Assembly: GCA_964387275.1 (NCBI GenBank)
Contig: CAYLVW010000002.1
Coordinates: forward strand, 63,286 to 127,285
Length of the DNA stretch: 64,000 bases
Direction of reading: 5' to 3'
DNA from: an uncultured Candidatus Saccharibacteria bacterium
GTDB lineage: Bacteria > Patescibacteriota > WWE3 > UBA101185 > UBA10185
The notes below the pieces were generated by a model, which had not been told where the DNA came from, ran no database searches, and was given only the letters and a program-made list of their open reading frames with translations. Shown here in pieces: positions 36,402 to 46,554 of the stretch; the first letter of the stretch is position 1, and each line of letters opens with the position of its first letter. The position numbers and the translations under genes are program-made.

Positions 36402-36671
36402 ATGGATATTCAACTAGTACTAATAGTAATACTTGTTATTCTAACAATTAACCTAGTAATAGTCGGTTTCTATGTATTTTTAATACTTAGGGATCTCAGA
36501 GAAACTATTAAAAAAACAAACTCTGTATTAGATGATGCAAAAATAATAACCAAAACAGTTTCAAACCCACTTGGCTCTATTACAACTCTAGCAACATACC
36601 TAATTAAATCCTATAAATCTACCAAAACTGTAAATTCTTTGGTTGATTTCAAAGGAAGAAAGGGTGAATAA
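36402..36671 (+). CDS. Small membrane protein (DUF948/YoxC-like)
   Basis: TM plus short coiled coil; paired with a YtxH-like gene. Confidence 0.6.
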   Translation: MDIQLVLIVILVILTINLVIVGFYVFLILRDLRETIKKTNSVLDDAKIITKTVSNPLGSITTLATYLIKSYKSTKTVNSLVDFKGRKGE

Positions 36672-36673
36672 AT

Positions 36674-37111
36674 ATGTGTGAAAAATGTGATAATAGTGGA
36701 TCATTTGTAACAGGTGCTGTTCTTGGAAGTGTGCTTGGATTTGCACTTGGGATCTTACTAGCCCCAGATTCGGGAACCAACACCAGGAAAAAGTTAAAAG
36801 ACACAAGTCAAAAGTATATAGAAGATGGAAAAGAAAAAGTCCAAAAAATAAGAGAATCAGCAGAACCCTATCTTGAAAACTTAGAAGAAAAATTAGAAGA
36901 AGTAAAAGACAAGGTTGAGCCGTATGTTGTAGATTTCCAAGAAAAAGTAGTACCAGCGTTGCAGGAGTTAGAAGAAAAAGCTAGAAACATGGCAGATCCT
37001 ATAGGTACAGAGATTGCTGAGAAAATCCAAGATCTAACTGGAGCCTTTGAGGATAAACCGGAAAAGCCAAGAAAAGCAGTAAAAAAGAAGTTATTCAACG
37101 GAATAAAGTGA
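36674..37111 (+). CDS. YtxH-domain protein
   Basis: FVTGAVLG...GILLAPDSGTNTRKKL. Confidence 0.85.
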   Translation: MCEKCDNSGSFVTGAVLGSVLGFALGILLAPDSGTNTRKKLKDTSQKYIEDGKEKVQKIRESAEPYLENLEEKLEEVKDKVEPYVVDFQEKVVPALQELEEKARNMADPIGTEIAEKIQDLTGAFEDKPEKPRKAVKKKLFNGIK

Positions 37112-37126
37112 TGCTATCATATAAGT

Positions 37127-37579
37127 ATGGTATTAGACTCAAAGCAGACAAGTGCTCCCACACAAAATGATCAGGCTGTAAACTCAGGGGTAACCCAGGC
37201 ACCGTCGCCAAATAACTTACCTACAAACCCAGCTACCGCAACCAGAAATACTATCAATTCTTTGTATGGTGGGTATGTGGAACAGGAATCACTACAACAA
37301 GCAACTGACCTAGAGAATATATCAATAGTCCCAGAAATAGTAAAAAACCCCGAAACTAATATACAAATAGAACCGACTATTCAACAAGAACCAAAAAAAT
37401 CCCCCACCACGCCAGAGGTGCAAATAGGTCAAAATGAAAAAGTCCCTAATGTAGAGGATCATTCAACTCACAAAGTGCAGCAGCACAGTGTAAATGCAAA
37501 AGCAGATGCGGTCACAAGCTTTGCAGACAAGGACGAAGAGGAATTTATTACAGGAATAGTACAACACCATGCAAACTAA
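37127..37579 (+). CDS. Hypothetical, largely disordered protein
   Basis: Q/P/T/E-rich ORF; TGcTATCAT -10 box 6 nt upstream; overlaps the next gene. Confidence 0.6.
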   Translation: MVLDSKQTSAPTQNDQAVNSGVTQAPSPNNLPTNPATATRNTINSLYGGYVEQESLQQATDLENISIVPEIVKNPETNIQIEPTIQQEPKKSPTTPEVQIGQNEKVPNVEDHSTHKVQQHSVNAKADAVTSFADKDEEEFITGIVQHHAN

Positions 37580-39977
37580 TGACGTAGGATACATTGTTTT
37601 TTGGATAGTACTGTATCTAACACTTCTTTTCACCGTAATATTTAGTATTGTCTATCTCATATCCAGCTGGTGGCAAAAGCAAATGGATAAAAAGTACGGA
37701 TATGATTTTACGTTTCTTCAAGTTAAAATGCCTCCTTTAAATGAAATAGAAATCAAAAGTGCCGAACAATTCTTTGCAAGTCTTTCAGGATTTAGACGTT
37801 CATTTTGGGACTTTTTGCTAAAGGGAGAGTATAGGATCTCTTTTGAAATTGTATCTAAGGTAACTGGTATAGGGTTTTATGTTGTAGTGCCTGACGAAAT
37901 TGTCACTCTGGTAGAAAAACAAATTAATGGTGCGTACCCTGAAGCAGAAATAGATATTGTAGATCCAAATGAAATATGGGATAGAGGGACATATACCTCA
38001 GTGGCAGAACTTAAACTTGCGGGAGCCTCTTACTACCCAATAAAAAACTACGAAGATCTAAAAAGTGATGCTCTTAGCGCAATAACATCTACAATGAGCA
38101 AGTTACAAGATAATGAGGTCTTAGCAGTCCAGTATGTAATACAATCTGCAGGAGAATCATGGAAAAGAGAGGGCGAGAGGTTCGTGTCTGATGTAAAAAA
38201 CAAAGGAGCAAATCCAGAAAAGAAAACCAATATAGATACGTCATTTCTTGAAGGAGTAGAGAAAAAAATTGTTAAACCAGGTTTCTATGTCTCAATAAGA
38301 GTAATATCTATTGCAGACAGTAAAGTTGCGGCAGAGACACACATTAGAAATATTGTGTCCTCATTTGATCAATTTACAGATTTTAAATACAACAAGTTCA
38401 AACGTACTTGGCACTTTTCATCAAAAAAACTTGTAGATAATTTTATACACAGAAGAATATCTAATTTTGAAATAACAATTCCCATATTTGAAGTCAATCT
38501 TTTCAGATCTTCTTCTATTCTAAATATCGCAGAATTAGCAACAATATTTCACTTCCCTAACAAAGAGATTAAAACACCTAATATAATTTGGTTGCACTCA
38601 AGAAAATCTCAAGCACCAACTAATCTACCAGATGAAGGGCTTTATCTGGGTAAAAGTATATTCAGAGGGGTAAATAAAAAAGTTTTCATGGCTCCTAAGG
38701 ATAGAACAAGACACTTCTATATAATAGGCCAAACGGGTACAGGTAAATCCGAGTTTATGAAGTCTTTAGCATTACAAGATATCGCAAATGGTGAAGGACT
38801 AGCTTTTATCGATCCACATGGAAGTGACATAGACGATATCCTGTCTAAGATACCAGATCATAGAAAAGATGACGTAATACTGTTCGATTTATCAGATACA
38901 GAAAGACCCTTAGGGTTGAATCTACTGGAAGCAGAAAACGAAGAACAAAAACATATGATTATAAACGCGTTCATTGCACTTCTCTACAAACTTTATGACC
39001 CAAATCACCAAGGTATTATGGGACCTTTGCTTGAAAGAGCAATTAGAAATGTTATGTTAACAGCAATGGAAGACCCAAATGCAACTATGGTAGATGTAAT
39101 GAGACTTTTAATAGACCCAAAATATGTACAGAAGTTCATCCCCCTAATTAAGGATCCTATGGTTAAAAAATACTGGACCGATGAAGTTGCTAAAACCTCC
39201 GAAAACAGAAAAGGAGAAACAATGGGTTATTTTGTTGCTAAATTTGATAGGTTTGTAACGGACAAAACAATGAGAAATATTTTAGGACAACCAAAGTCGT
39301 CTTTCAGATTCTCGGACATAATGGCTCAGAAAAAAATTCTGCTTGTAGACCTATCAAAAGGTAAAATTGGTGAAGAAAACTCAAACTTCATTGGCTTATT
39401 ACTTGTTCCAAGAATACTAGCAACAGCATTAGCAAGAGCAAAATTCTTAGGAAAAGAGGATTTCCCAGATTTCTTCTTGTATGTAGATGAGTTTCAAAAC
39501 TTCGCAACACCTGATTTTGCAGTTATTCTATCCGAAGCAAGAAAGTACAAACTCAATCTTGTAGTGGCACATCAATTTATCTCACAATTGTCAGATGAAA
39601 TAAAAACAGCTGTCTTTGGTAACGTAGGTACAATGACAGTTTTTAGAATTGGTGTTGATGATGCCGAGTATCTTGAATCTCAATTTGAGCCCACTTTCAC
39701 AAAAACTGACCTAGCTAATAATCCAAACGGAGCAGCTTATGTAAAACTCCTTGTTAATGGGCATCCTACCCCACCTTTTTCAATGTCAGTAGATTGGGAC
39801 ATGATTACAAAAACACAAAAAAGCAGTGAAATGACAAACTACATAAGAGAAATGTCCCGAACAAAGTATGGAACACCTGTAGCAGAAGTTGAAGAGTATA
39901 TTAACAGAAGGGCGGGTCTTTATGATAAAGAAACCACACCAGAAGCACCGGCAAAATTGCCCAAACTTCCTTTCTAA
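37569..39977 (+). CDS. VirD4/TraG-like (HerA/FtsK family) coupling ATPase
   Basis: N-terminal TM; RHFYIIGQTGTGKS, IDPHG, YVDEFQNF, LSEARKY, AHQ, GNVGT. Confidence 0.88.
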   Translation: MQTNDVGYIVFWIVLYLTLLFTVIFSIVYLISSWWQKQMDKKYGYDFTFLQVKMPPLNEIEIKSAEQFFASLSGFRRSFWDFLLKGEYRISFEIVSKVTGIGFYVVVPDEIVTLVEKQINGAYPEAEIDIVDPNEIWDRGTYTSVAELKLAGASYYPIKNYEDLKSDALSAITSTMSKLQDNEVLAVQYVIQSAGESWKREGERFVSDVKNKGANPEKKTNIDTSFLEGVEKKIVKPGFYVSIRVISIADSKVAAETHIRNIVSSFDQFTDFKYNKFKRTWHFSSKKLVDNFIHRRISNFEITIPIFEVNLFRSSSILNIAELATIFHFPNKEIKTPNIIWLHSRKSQAPTNLPDEGLYLGKSIFRGVNKKVFMAPKDRTRHFYIIGQTGTGKSEFMKSLALQDIANGEGLAFIDPHGSDIDDILSKIPDHRKDDVILFDLSDTERPLGLNLLEAENEEQKHMIINAFIALLYKLYDPNHQGIMGPLLERAIRNVMLTAMEDPNATMVDVMRLLIDPKYVQKFIPLIKDPMVKKYWTDEVAKTSENRKGETMGYFVAKFDRFVTDKTMRNILGQPKSSFRFSDIMAQKKILLVDLSKGKIGEENSNFIGLLLVPRILATALARAKFLGKEDFPDFFLYVDEFQNFATPDFAVILSEARKYKLNLVVAHQFISQLSDEIKTAVFGNVGTMTVFRIGVDDAEYLESQFEPTFTKTDLANNPNGAAYVKLLVNGHPTPPFSMSVDWDMITKTQKSSEMTNYIREMSRTKYGTPVAEVEEYINRRAGLYDKETTPEAPAKLPKLPF

Positions 39978-39980
39978 TAT

Positions 39981-41738
39981 ATGAGTAAAAAAAATAAACT
40001 ATTTGAAGTAACAGAAGGTACAACAAGCGCAGAAGTAAGAGAACGTACTACGTTACTTGAAACGTCTGAAGACGAAATAAAATATGAACCCAACGCTATA
40101 GCAGAAAGAATATTAGAACGCATAGAAAAAATAAAAACAGGCAATACAGCCTTGGACAAAGCACTCCAAGATGCGGCTGATAAATTGGACGCACATGTAC
40201 ACGGACTAAATAGGTATAGCGAAGGAAGTGAAAAAAGTAGAGATGCGTACCATGAGCTTGAGAAGGATAACCCAGAAAAACTCCAAGAGGTATTTGGAAC
40301 CTACAAAACAATGGTAACAGACCACTTACTAATTGTAGAAAAGCTGTTAGATCAAACAGAAACAAATCCCCAGGGAGCCGCACTAGCAGTAGAACTTATA
40401 ACTGCTTCCACTGAAAACAGAAGAGGAAAAGAAGAGGAAACAAGAAAAAGGTTAAGAGAGTTTGGCATAAGCCAAGGGTTACCTCAAGGCGGAGAAGAGC
40501 AAGTAGTCGAACTACTTAATAAAATATCAGACGGTAGAATTGAATCCTTTGCAGACTATCTTGAGACAAGTGGCTTTGATTCTATTACAGTGGAAAACTC
40601 AGCAAACACCCATAGGGAAAACCTAGGAAAAATTATTAGTCTATCGGAGCGATTTGTAGAACCAAAGGATTATGATGATATATTTGCAACAACCACAAAA
40701 GTAAAAACTAAAGTTAAGGTAGAAAAAACATCCACCGAAGCCCACACAGATGAAACACTGAATAATTTAACAGTTGAACAAATACGTGAACGTATTGCAA
40801 AGCAATGGGATACAGAAAACCAAGACGGCAGTAACCTAATAGACACAACAAGTGGACCAAAACTAGCAGAGCGAACATTTCTCGGGGGAGAAAAGCTAAG
40901 GAAACCACGACAGTTTGCACAAGTTTTTGAAAGGTATATCACTACAAAAGATAAGGATGATATAACCAGATACGATAGAGTTGATGTACCTGTAATAACC
41001 TTGTACGCCGAAAGACAATTAAGTGATTTCACCAAATCAGAAAAAATCTACTCAAATAGAAAAGACCCCGTTGTAAGGATCCCTGTTCTTAATTTTGATC
41101 CAAAAGATTTTGATGAAATAGCCTTTATGAATGAGATGTTAAAAATGGCTCGAAATAACCCTGATGGCAGCTTCGATGTATTTGTAGCAAATGATAGTGG
41201 TAAAGCTGAAACATTTAGAGTGAATGCAGAAACGTATAACGCAATGAGGTATGTGGTACAACGATCAGTGGAATCCCATGCAAAAAAGGGCATAACTTAT
41301 AATCCAGAAGAGATACTTAAAAAGGGTTTAAAAAAGCTAGGACCAAATGAAACGACAACTGAAGAAGAAATAGAGATTGAAACAGAAACAATTACTACAG
41401 AAAGTCAAAACCCTAACGAATGGGTAAATCACAAGCGAGCTCTAGCTAGAATGAAAAGTTTAAGGTCTATTGCAGGCAAAAAATTAGATTTTACGGAAGA
41501 AGAAATGGATCAAACCGGAGAGTCTCTTACCAATTTGGAAAGGATATATACTGAATTTACATCACACATAGGAAGAGTGGAATCGTACTACTATATAGCC
41601 CAACAAAGATTAAAAACTCTTAGTGGAGTTTCTAAAGGACATCCTAGATACGAAGAAGGCTTGGAGATCTACTTACAAAACTATGTGTTGGAACTTGGAG
41701 AAATGTCCATAACATTAAAAAATGCTACAACAACTTGA
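39981..41738 (+). CDS. Hypothetical acidic helical protein
   Basis: 585-aa E/T/K-rich ORF with no TM and no recognised motif. Confidence 0.65.
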   Translation: MSKKNKLFEVTEGTTSAEVRERTTLLETSEDEIKYEPNAIAERILERIEKIKTGNTALDKALQDAADKLDAHVHGLNRYSEGSEKSRDAYHELEKDNPEKLQEVFGTYKTMVTDHLLIVEKLLDQTETNPQGAALAVELITASTENRRGKEEETRKRLREFGISQGLPQGGEEQVVELLNKISDGRIESFADYLETSGFDSITVENSANTHRENLGKIISLSERFVEPKDYDDIFATTTKVKTKVKVEKTSTEAHTDETLNNLTVEQIRERIAKQWDTENQDGSNLIDTTSGPKLAERTFLGGEKLRKPRQFAQVFERYITTKDKDDITRYDRVDVPVITLYAERQLSDFTKSEKIYSNRKDPVVRIPVLNFDPKDFDEIAFMNEMLKMARNNPDGSFDVFVANDSGKAETFRVNAETYNAMRYVVQRSVESHAKKGITYNPEEILKKGLKKLGPNETTTEEEIEIETETITTESQNPNEWVNHKRALARMKSLRSIAGKKLDFTEEEMDQTGESLTNLERIYTEFTSHIGRVESYYYIAQQRLKTLSGVSKGHPRYEEGLEIYLQNYVLELGEMSITLKNATTT

Positions 41739-42280
41739 TGAATCAAATGACGCTTCTAGAATCCTATGAAGACCTACCAGAAGCTGAAAAGAAAGCGATT
41801 AGAAATCAAATAGTAACATTGCTAAGTTCAATAGATGGAATGGTCCTTGAGCAAAATCCAAACTGGAGAGGTGGTCTTAGGGAAATAAACTCTGTGGATG
41901 CAACTAACCCAAACCCAATAGAAACTAAAGACCCTGTATCACCGGCACCTATATCAGAAGACAGAGCCAAAAATACAGAAGACACAGCAACTGTACAAAC
42001 CCCACAATCTGAGACCGAGGCAGATACTATCCCGCTACTACAAGAGGCAGAAGAAACAACTACTATAGTAGAACCTATAGGTCAAGAAGTGGAAAGAGCA
42101 CAACAACCTGTGTTAGAAACAGTAAGCACTATAACAGAAAAAGGGCCAGTAACTGAAAACGAGCAGGAAGCACAAGAAACGACGCCAAAATCACGAAAAA
42201 CTACTAAAAGAAAAGGTAAGAATATCAGAAAAGAAGCAGACAGACAAAGACGGCAGGCGCGACGGGAAGAAGCCTATTAG
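41738..42280 (+). CDS. Hypothetical acidic protein with an Arg/Lys-rich C-terminus (possibly a frameshifted continuation of the previous ORF)
   Basis: TGATG overlap; tail RKTTKRKGKNIRKEADRQRRQARREEAY. Confidence 0.55.
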   Translation: MNQMTLLESYEDLPEAEKKAIRNQIVTLLSSIDGMVLEQNPNWRGGLREINSVDATNPNPIETKDPVSPAPISEDRAKNTEDTATVQTPQSETEADTIPLLQEAEETTTIVEPIGQEVERAQQPVLETVSTITEKGPVTENEQEAQETTPKSRKTTKRKGKNIRKEADRQRRQARREEAY

Positions 42281-42311
42281 TTGATTAATCCATAATGCTA
42301 TAATCAATTTA

Positions 42312-43502
42312 ATGCTCAATCTACCTTTTTTTAAGACAACTTCCAAAAACAAATTCCTAACAATAGACTTCGGATCAGATAGCGTTAAATGCTTGGCTTT
42401 TTACAATGACGGAGAGATAAATAAAATTATTGGGTTTGGTAAACAACAAGTGGAAAAAGGACATATCCGATCAGGAGCTGTAGTTGATATAGAAGGCGTA
42501 GATCTAGTACTAAAAGAAGCTATTGCTCAAGCAACCCAAAATTCAGGAGAATCTATTGACCAAGCCATTATAGGTCTAAATGGAACATTTATCATCAACC
42601 AATTAGTTACAGCCAGGTTACTTAGAGGTAAAAGTTCTGATATATCAAATAATGAAATGGACGATATATATGAAAGAACGGTTAAATCATCAACAGAACA
42701 AGCTTACAGTGAACTAGTAAAGACCACTGGTAGCAATGATATGGATTTGGAACTCGTAACAGCGGAGAAAGCGTATGTGAGAGTTGATGATAGACCTATC
42801 CACAAAGATACAAAACCTGCAGGAAACAAAGTTGAAATGGCTGTATTCTCATCTTTTGCACCAAGCTATCAAATGAAAAATTTATCAAAGTTATTAAAAC
42901 GCAGTGGTTTAAAAATAATAGGTGTGGTACCGGAAATGTATTCGTTGGTTAAGTCTATCAACCATAAAAAGATTGGATCAAATGATTACCTAATAATAAA
43001 CATTGGTAGCGATAAAACTGAGATTGGCATAGTCTTTGGGGGAAATTTAATTTCCACCAAATCACTTCCTATTGGTGGATATCACTTTACTTATCAAATG
43101 AGTCATGTGTTAGGTTTATCAATAAAAGAAGCTGAAAATTTGAAACGTTCATATTCGCAAGGAAAGCTGCCTAATAGTGAAAGTCTAACAGTTCAAAACT
43201 GTTTTAGTGAAATACTGGAAACCTGGTTAAGTGGTATTGAATTAACTTTTGGAGAATTTACAGGAGTAAAAACTTTCTCATCTAAAATATACTTAACCGG
43301 TGGGGGAATTCATCTTCCTGACATATATGATTACCTAACTAGTGAACCTTGGACCAAATCGATACCATTTAAAGACACGCCAACATTCGAAAAAGTGACA
43401 GCCAAAGATCTACCAGGCATTCAAGATGAAACACAGATGGTAAGTGGGCCTGAGTGGGTAATGCCTGTTTCACTAAGTAATATATTTCATAATCTTGTAT
43501 GA
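42312..43502 (+). CDS. ftsA: FtsA-like actin-fold ATPase
   Basis: IDFGSDSVK, SGAVVDI, INIGSDKT, GGYHFT, EAENLK, LTGGG. Confidence 0.75.
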   Translation: MLNLPFFKTTSKNKFLTIDFGSDSVKCLAFYNDGEINKIIGFGKQQVEKGHIRSGAVVDIEGVDLVLKEAIAQATQNSGESIDQAIIGLNGTFIINQLVTARLLRGKSSDISNNEMDDIYERTVKSSTEQAYSELVKTTGSNDMDLELVTAEKAYVRVDDRPIHKDTKPAGNKVEMAVFSSFAPSYQMKNLSKLLKRSGLKIIGVVPEMYSLVKSINHKKIGSNDYLIINIGSDKTEIGIVFGGNLISTKSLPIGGYHFTYQMSHVLGLSIKEAENLKRSYSQGKLPNSESLTVQNCFSEILETWLSGIELTFGEFTGVKTFSSKIYLTGGGIHLPDIYDYLTSEPWTKSIPFKDTPTFEKVTAKDLPGIQDETQMVSGPEWVMPVSLSNIFHNLV

Positions 43503-45016
43503 CTAAAATAGAACTAGAAATTTTTGACGACCTAATAGTTACACTAAACAAAATAAGAGCGGTTAATGATTCTGGGATTGAGCTCCACATACCAGAAGGC
43601 TCTCCTATTTTGGACAACATTGTTTCATTAAAACTTCTAAAAAAAGAGGCAGAAAACATGCAAAAAATCCTGCACTTTGTTACAAAAGATGTAGCAGGTC
43701 TTGAACTTTTATCGCAACTACAAGAAGAACAAACAGATACTTTAGTGGAGCAAGAAGTAGATAAAATATCAGAAGACGGCGCAATAGGAACAATCACAAA
43801 AAAACCTGCGTTTAGATTCCCTACATTAAAACTCCCAAAACTGCACGCAGGACTCCCAATAATTGCATTAATAATTGTAGTTGTTGGGGGAATCTTACTT
43901 GCAGGTGGTTGGTATTTGTATAACTTGCCGAAGGCTGAAGTCACAATTGTGGTAAGCTCAGAATCACTTTCCAAAGGATTACCGGTTAAAGTGAAAGACG
44001 GGGTTTCTACTTCAGCAGAACAAAAAACTCTAAGAGGGTACATATTTAAATCAACCCTAACAGAAACAAAAGAAGCGGATACTACAGGAGAGAAAATTGT
44101 AGGAAAAAGCGCCAAAGGTAAAATAAAGATCTTTAATAAAACTACTGAAGAAAAAACTTTTAAAAAAGGACAAACTGTAACATACGAAGATGACGAAGAA
44201 AACGATTTTACATTTACGACTGATGAAGAAATAACAGTACCTGCAAGAGTAGATAATATTGATGGGACTATTACCTCCGGGGAAAAGGAGGTTTCTGTAA
44301 CCGCATCAAATATAGGTGAGAACTATAATATTAAGTCTGGGAAAACACTTAGCGTTAAGGATCAGAAAAGCGCAGATTTTACCGCAATTTCTGTTGAAAA
44401 CTTCACTGGAGGAAAGAGTGAAAAAGTTAAAGTGGTCGCTCAATCCGATCTAACTAAATTATCAAGCGATGTAACAACCGCATTAAAACAAAAAGCTCTT
44501 GAGGATTTGAAATTCAAATTAGGTCTTACCCAAAAAATAATTGAGGGAACCATACAAACTAAGGTTGTTGAAGAAGCATTCAATCATAAAGTAAACGAAG
44601 AATCTGAAAAAATTATACTTACACAAAATGTCGAAGCCAGCGCCTTGGTATATTCTTCGGTAGATATGGATGAACTGCTAGATAATCTATTGGAGAGCTT
44701 TGTACCAAGTGGGTATGTGCTATCTTCAAAAGATAAGGTTGTTAATATTGAGGTTTTAGGAAACTCAGCAACAACAGTGTTAAAAGAAAACGAAGCTGAC
44801 GTACAACTTACTATTAAAACTTATATAGTCGCTGATATTACAGAGGAAGGCATTAAAGATGCGATAAAGGGAAAGGGGGTAGAAGAGGCTAAAAAAGTGC
44901 TAGACGAAGTTAAAAACGTTAACAGTTACGCTTTAAATCTAAACCCTTCTATCCCACTACTAAGTTTTATACCTAAAGACACCAATAGAATAACAGTTGA
45001 TATCAAAAGGGAGTGA
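43499..45016 (+). CDS. Bitopic protein with an extracellular baseplate-J/gp47-like domain
   Basis: Cytoplasmic N-domain, TM, TTGEK..G..AKGKIKIFN, VTASNIGENYN, FTGG, V..SD. Confidence 0.7.
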   Translation: MTKIELEIFDDLIVTLNKIRAVNDSGIELHIPEGSPILDNIVSLKLLKKEAENMQKILHFVTKDVAGLELLSQLQEEQTDTLVEQEVDKISEDGAIGTITKKPAFRFPTLKLPKLHAGLPIIALIIVVVGGILLAGGWYLYNLPKAEVTIVVSSESLSKGLPVKVKDGVSTSAEQKTLRGYIFKSTLTETKEADTTGEKIVGKSAKGKIKIFNKTTEEKTFKKGQTVTYEDDEENDFTFTTDEEITVPARVDNIDGTITSGEKEVSVTASNIGENYNIKSGKTLSVKDQKSADFTAISVENFTGGKSEKVKVVAQSDLTKLSSDVTTALKQKALEDLKFKLGLTQKIIEGTIQTKVVEEAFNHKVNEESEKIILTQNVEASALVYSSVDMDELLDNLLESFVPSGYVLSSKDKVVNIEVLGNSATTVLKENEADVQLTIKTYIVADITEEGIKDAIKGKGVEEAKKVLDEVKNVNSYALNLNPSIPLLSFIPKDTNRITVDIKRE

Positions 45017-45471
45017 TAATGCCCAAACTAACACAGAAACATCGAGACAGACTCAAAAAAGAGGATAAGGAAATACTACTGGGGATAGACTACGGCAATA
45101 AAAATCTCGGAATTGCGTTCGGCAGAGATGGACTTGTTAAACCACTTAAAGTCCTAAAAGCTGAAGACATGCCCGCCCTACTTCATGAAATCACAAAATT
45201 TATCTTTGAAAATAAGGTAACAAAAATTGTTGTAGGACTACCCCTAACATATGAGGGCAAAGACACTCAAAAATCCAAAGAAATAAGAAACTTTGCTAAA
45301 CAAATTAAAGTATATCTTAAAAAACCTGTTGTTTTTGTAAATGAATACAGAAGTACCGAGGAAATACTTGAAGGTAGCTCTTTTGGAATACCACATAGAG
45401 GTAAGGATCCTGTAGATCACCTATCAGCAGCTGTGATCCTTAGACGGTTTTATGAAGAAGGTATAAAGTAA
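45013..45471 (+). CDS. ruvX: YqgF/RuvX-family nuclease
   Basis: LLGIDYG, IVVGLP, NEYRST, DHLSAAVIL. Confidence 0.88.
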   Translation: MIMPKLTQKHRDRLKKEDKEILLGIDYGNKNLGIAFGRDGLVKPLKVLKAEDMPALLHEITKFIFENKVTKIVVGLPLTYEGKDTQKSKEIRNFAKQIKVYLKKPVVFVNEYRSTEEILEGSSFGIPHRGKDPVDHLSAAVILRRFYEEGIK

Positions 45472-45573
45472 ATAGATCATTATCTCAGTCAAAAAACAAT
45501 TCAGCAAAATCACTTATAACCTTAGCGTATCTCGAAAACAAAAATGATCATCAAGAGAGCATCTTCATTTTTC

Positions 45574-45975
45574 TGGTGGAGATGGCGAGAATCGAACTCG
45601 CGTCTTGAAAACCCAAAAACAAAAAACTACAAGTTTAGCTGTACTTAAGTGTCAGAAAATCATGGAGTACAACAACCTAAAATCTTCCTAAGACCTTCTT
45701 CTGTGAAAGGTGGAATTACATCCTAAAAATCAAAGTGGGTCAAACTCTAATTTCGCATCCGAAAATTATAAAGTTGTGGTCTTACATCTTTCGGAGGAAG
45801 TAAGGCAACTTAACCTAAGCTCTTTGAGCTGTGGTTAGGCTAAAGCACCGGCGTAAGCTGGTACTAAAGCTTCTGATTCAACATCAGCATTTATTTTTTG
45901 CAAATTTTTTGAAGCAGTTTTGCAACTTCTACTTGTTTCTGAGATTGGGAAATCCAATCAAAGCCGATCATCCCC
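45574..45975 (-). ncRNA. ssrA: tmRNA; tag (A)ADVESEALVPAYAGALA at 45888-45835
   Basis: 5' GGGGATG pairs with 3' CATCTCC-ACCA (G3:U70); T arm GCGAG-TTCGATT-CTCGC; ATAAAT-GCT resume context; directly downstream of smpB. Confidence 0.95.
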
Positions 45976-46057
45976 TTGTTAAAGTGCCCATAGAACATAT
46001 TTAGTTTACAATGGTGTACCCTAAATAAACCTACAGTAAAATTTATAATACAGAAAA

Positions 46058-46510
46058 CTAATGCCAGATACTTTTTAACTCAACCTTTAGATCCTTGTCC
46101 ATCTGTTTCACCTTTTCTATATCTTTCTTCTCATATTTCTTAAGACCTCTTACTATACCAAGTTCCAATTTTATCAGATTGTGTGACAATATCAACGCAA
46201 GGGGCACCGCAGACTTCCCTTTCTGAGATAGTTCTTTTATTAAGATACTTACTTCTTTGGAAGTCAGTAGAAGTGAGCGTGTTTTTCTACTGTCTGCTTC
46301 ATTATGGGGTTGTGATTGATTTGAGTACCTACCTACGTACATATTCAATATAACAGGCTTCCCTGAAAGTACTTGTACAAAACTGCCATCAAAGTTAACT
46401 TTTCCTTCTCTTATTGCCTTAACCTCATAACCTTTAAGAACGAGTCCTGCTGTTAACGTCTCGAGTATTTCGTAATCGTGGAAAGCTTTTCTATTCTTAG
46501 CTAGTAACAT
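46058..46510 (-). CDS. smpB: SsrA-binding protein
   Basis: NRKAFHDYEI, AGLVLKGYEVKAIR, RSLLL, GLKKYEK. Confidence 0.95.
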   Translation of the reverse strand: MLLAKNRKAFHDYEILETLTAGLVLKGYEVKAIREGKVNFDGSFVQVLSGKPVILNMYVGRYSNQSQPHNEADSRKTRSLLLTSKEVSILIKELSQKGKSAVPLALILSHNLIKLELGIVRGLKKYEKKDIEKVKQMDKDLKVELKSIWH

Positions 46511-46554
46511 GTGGAGAGTATATCAAAAGACTGCTTACTTAGAAATTCCAGAAA

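Noticed and set aside
45835-45888. tmRNA tag peptide as an unusual feature
   Set aside because: The 17-codon tag ending ALA is within normal variation.
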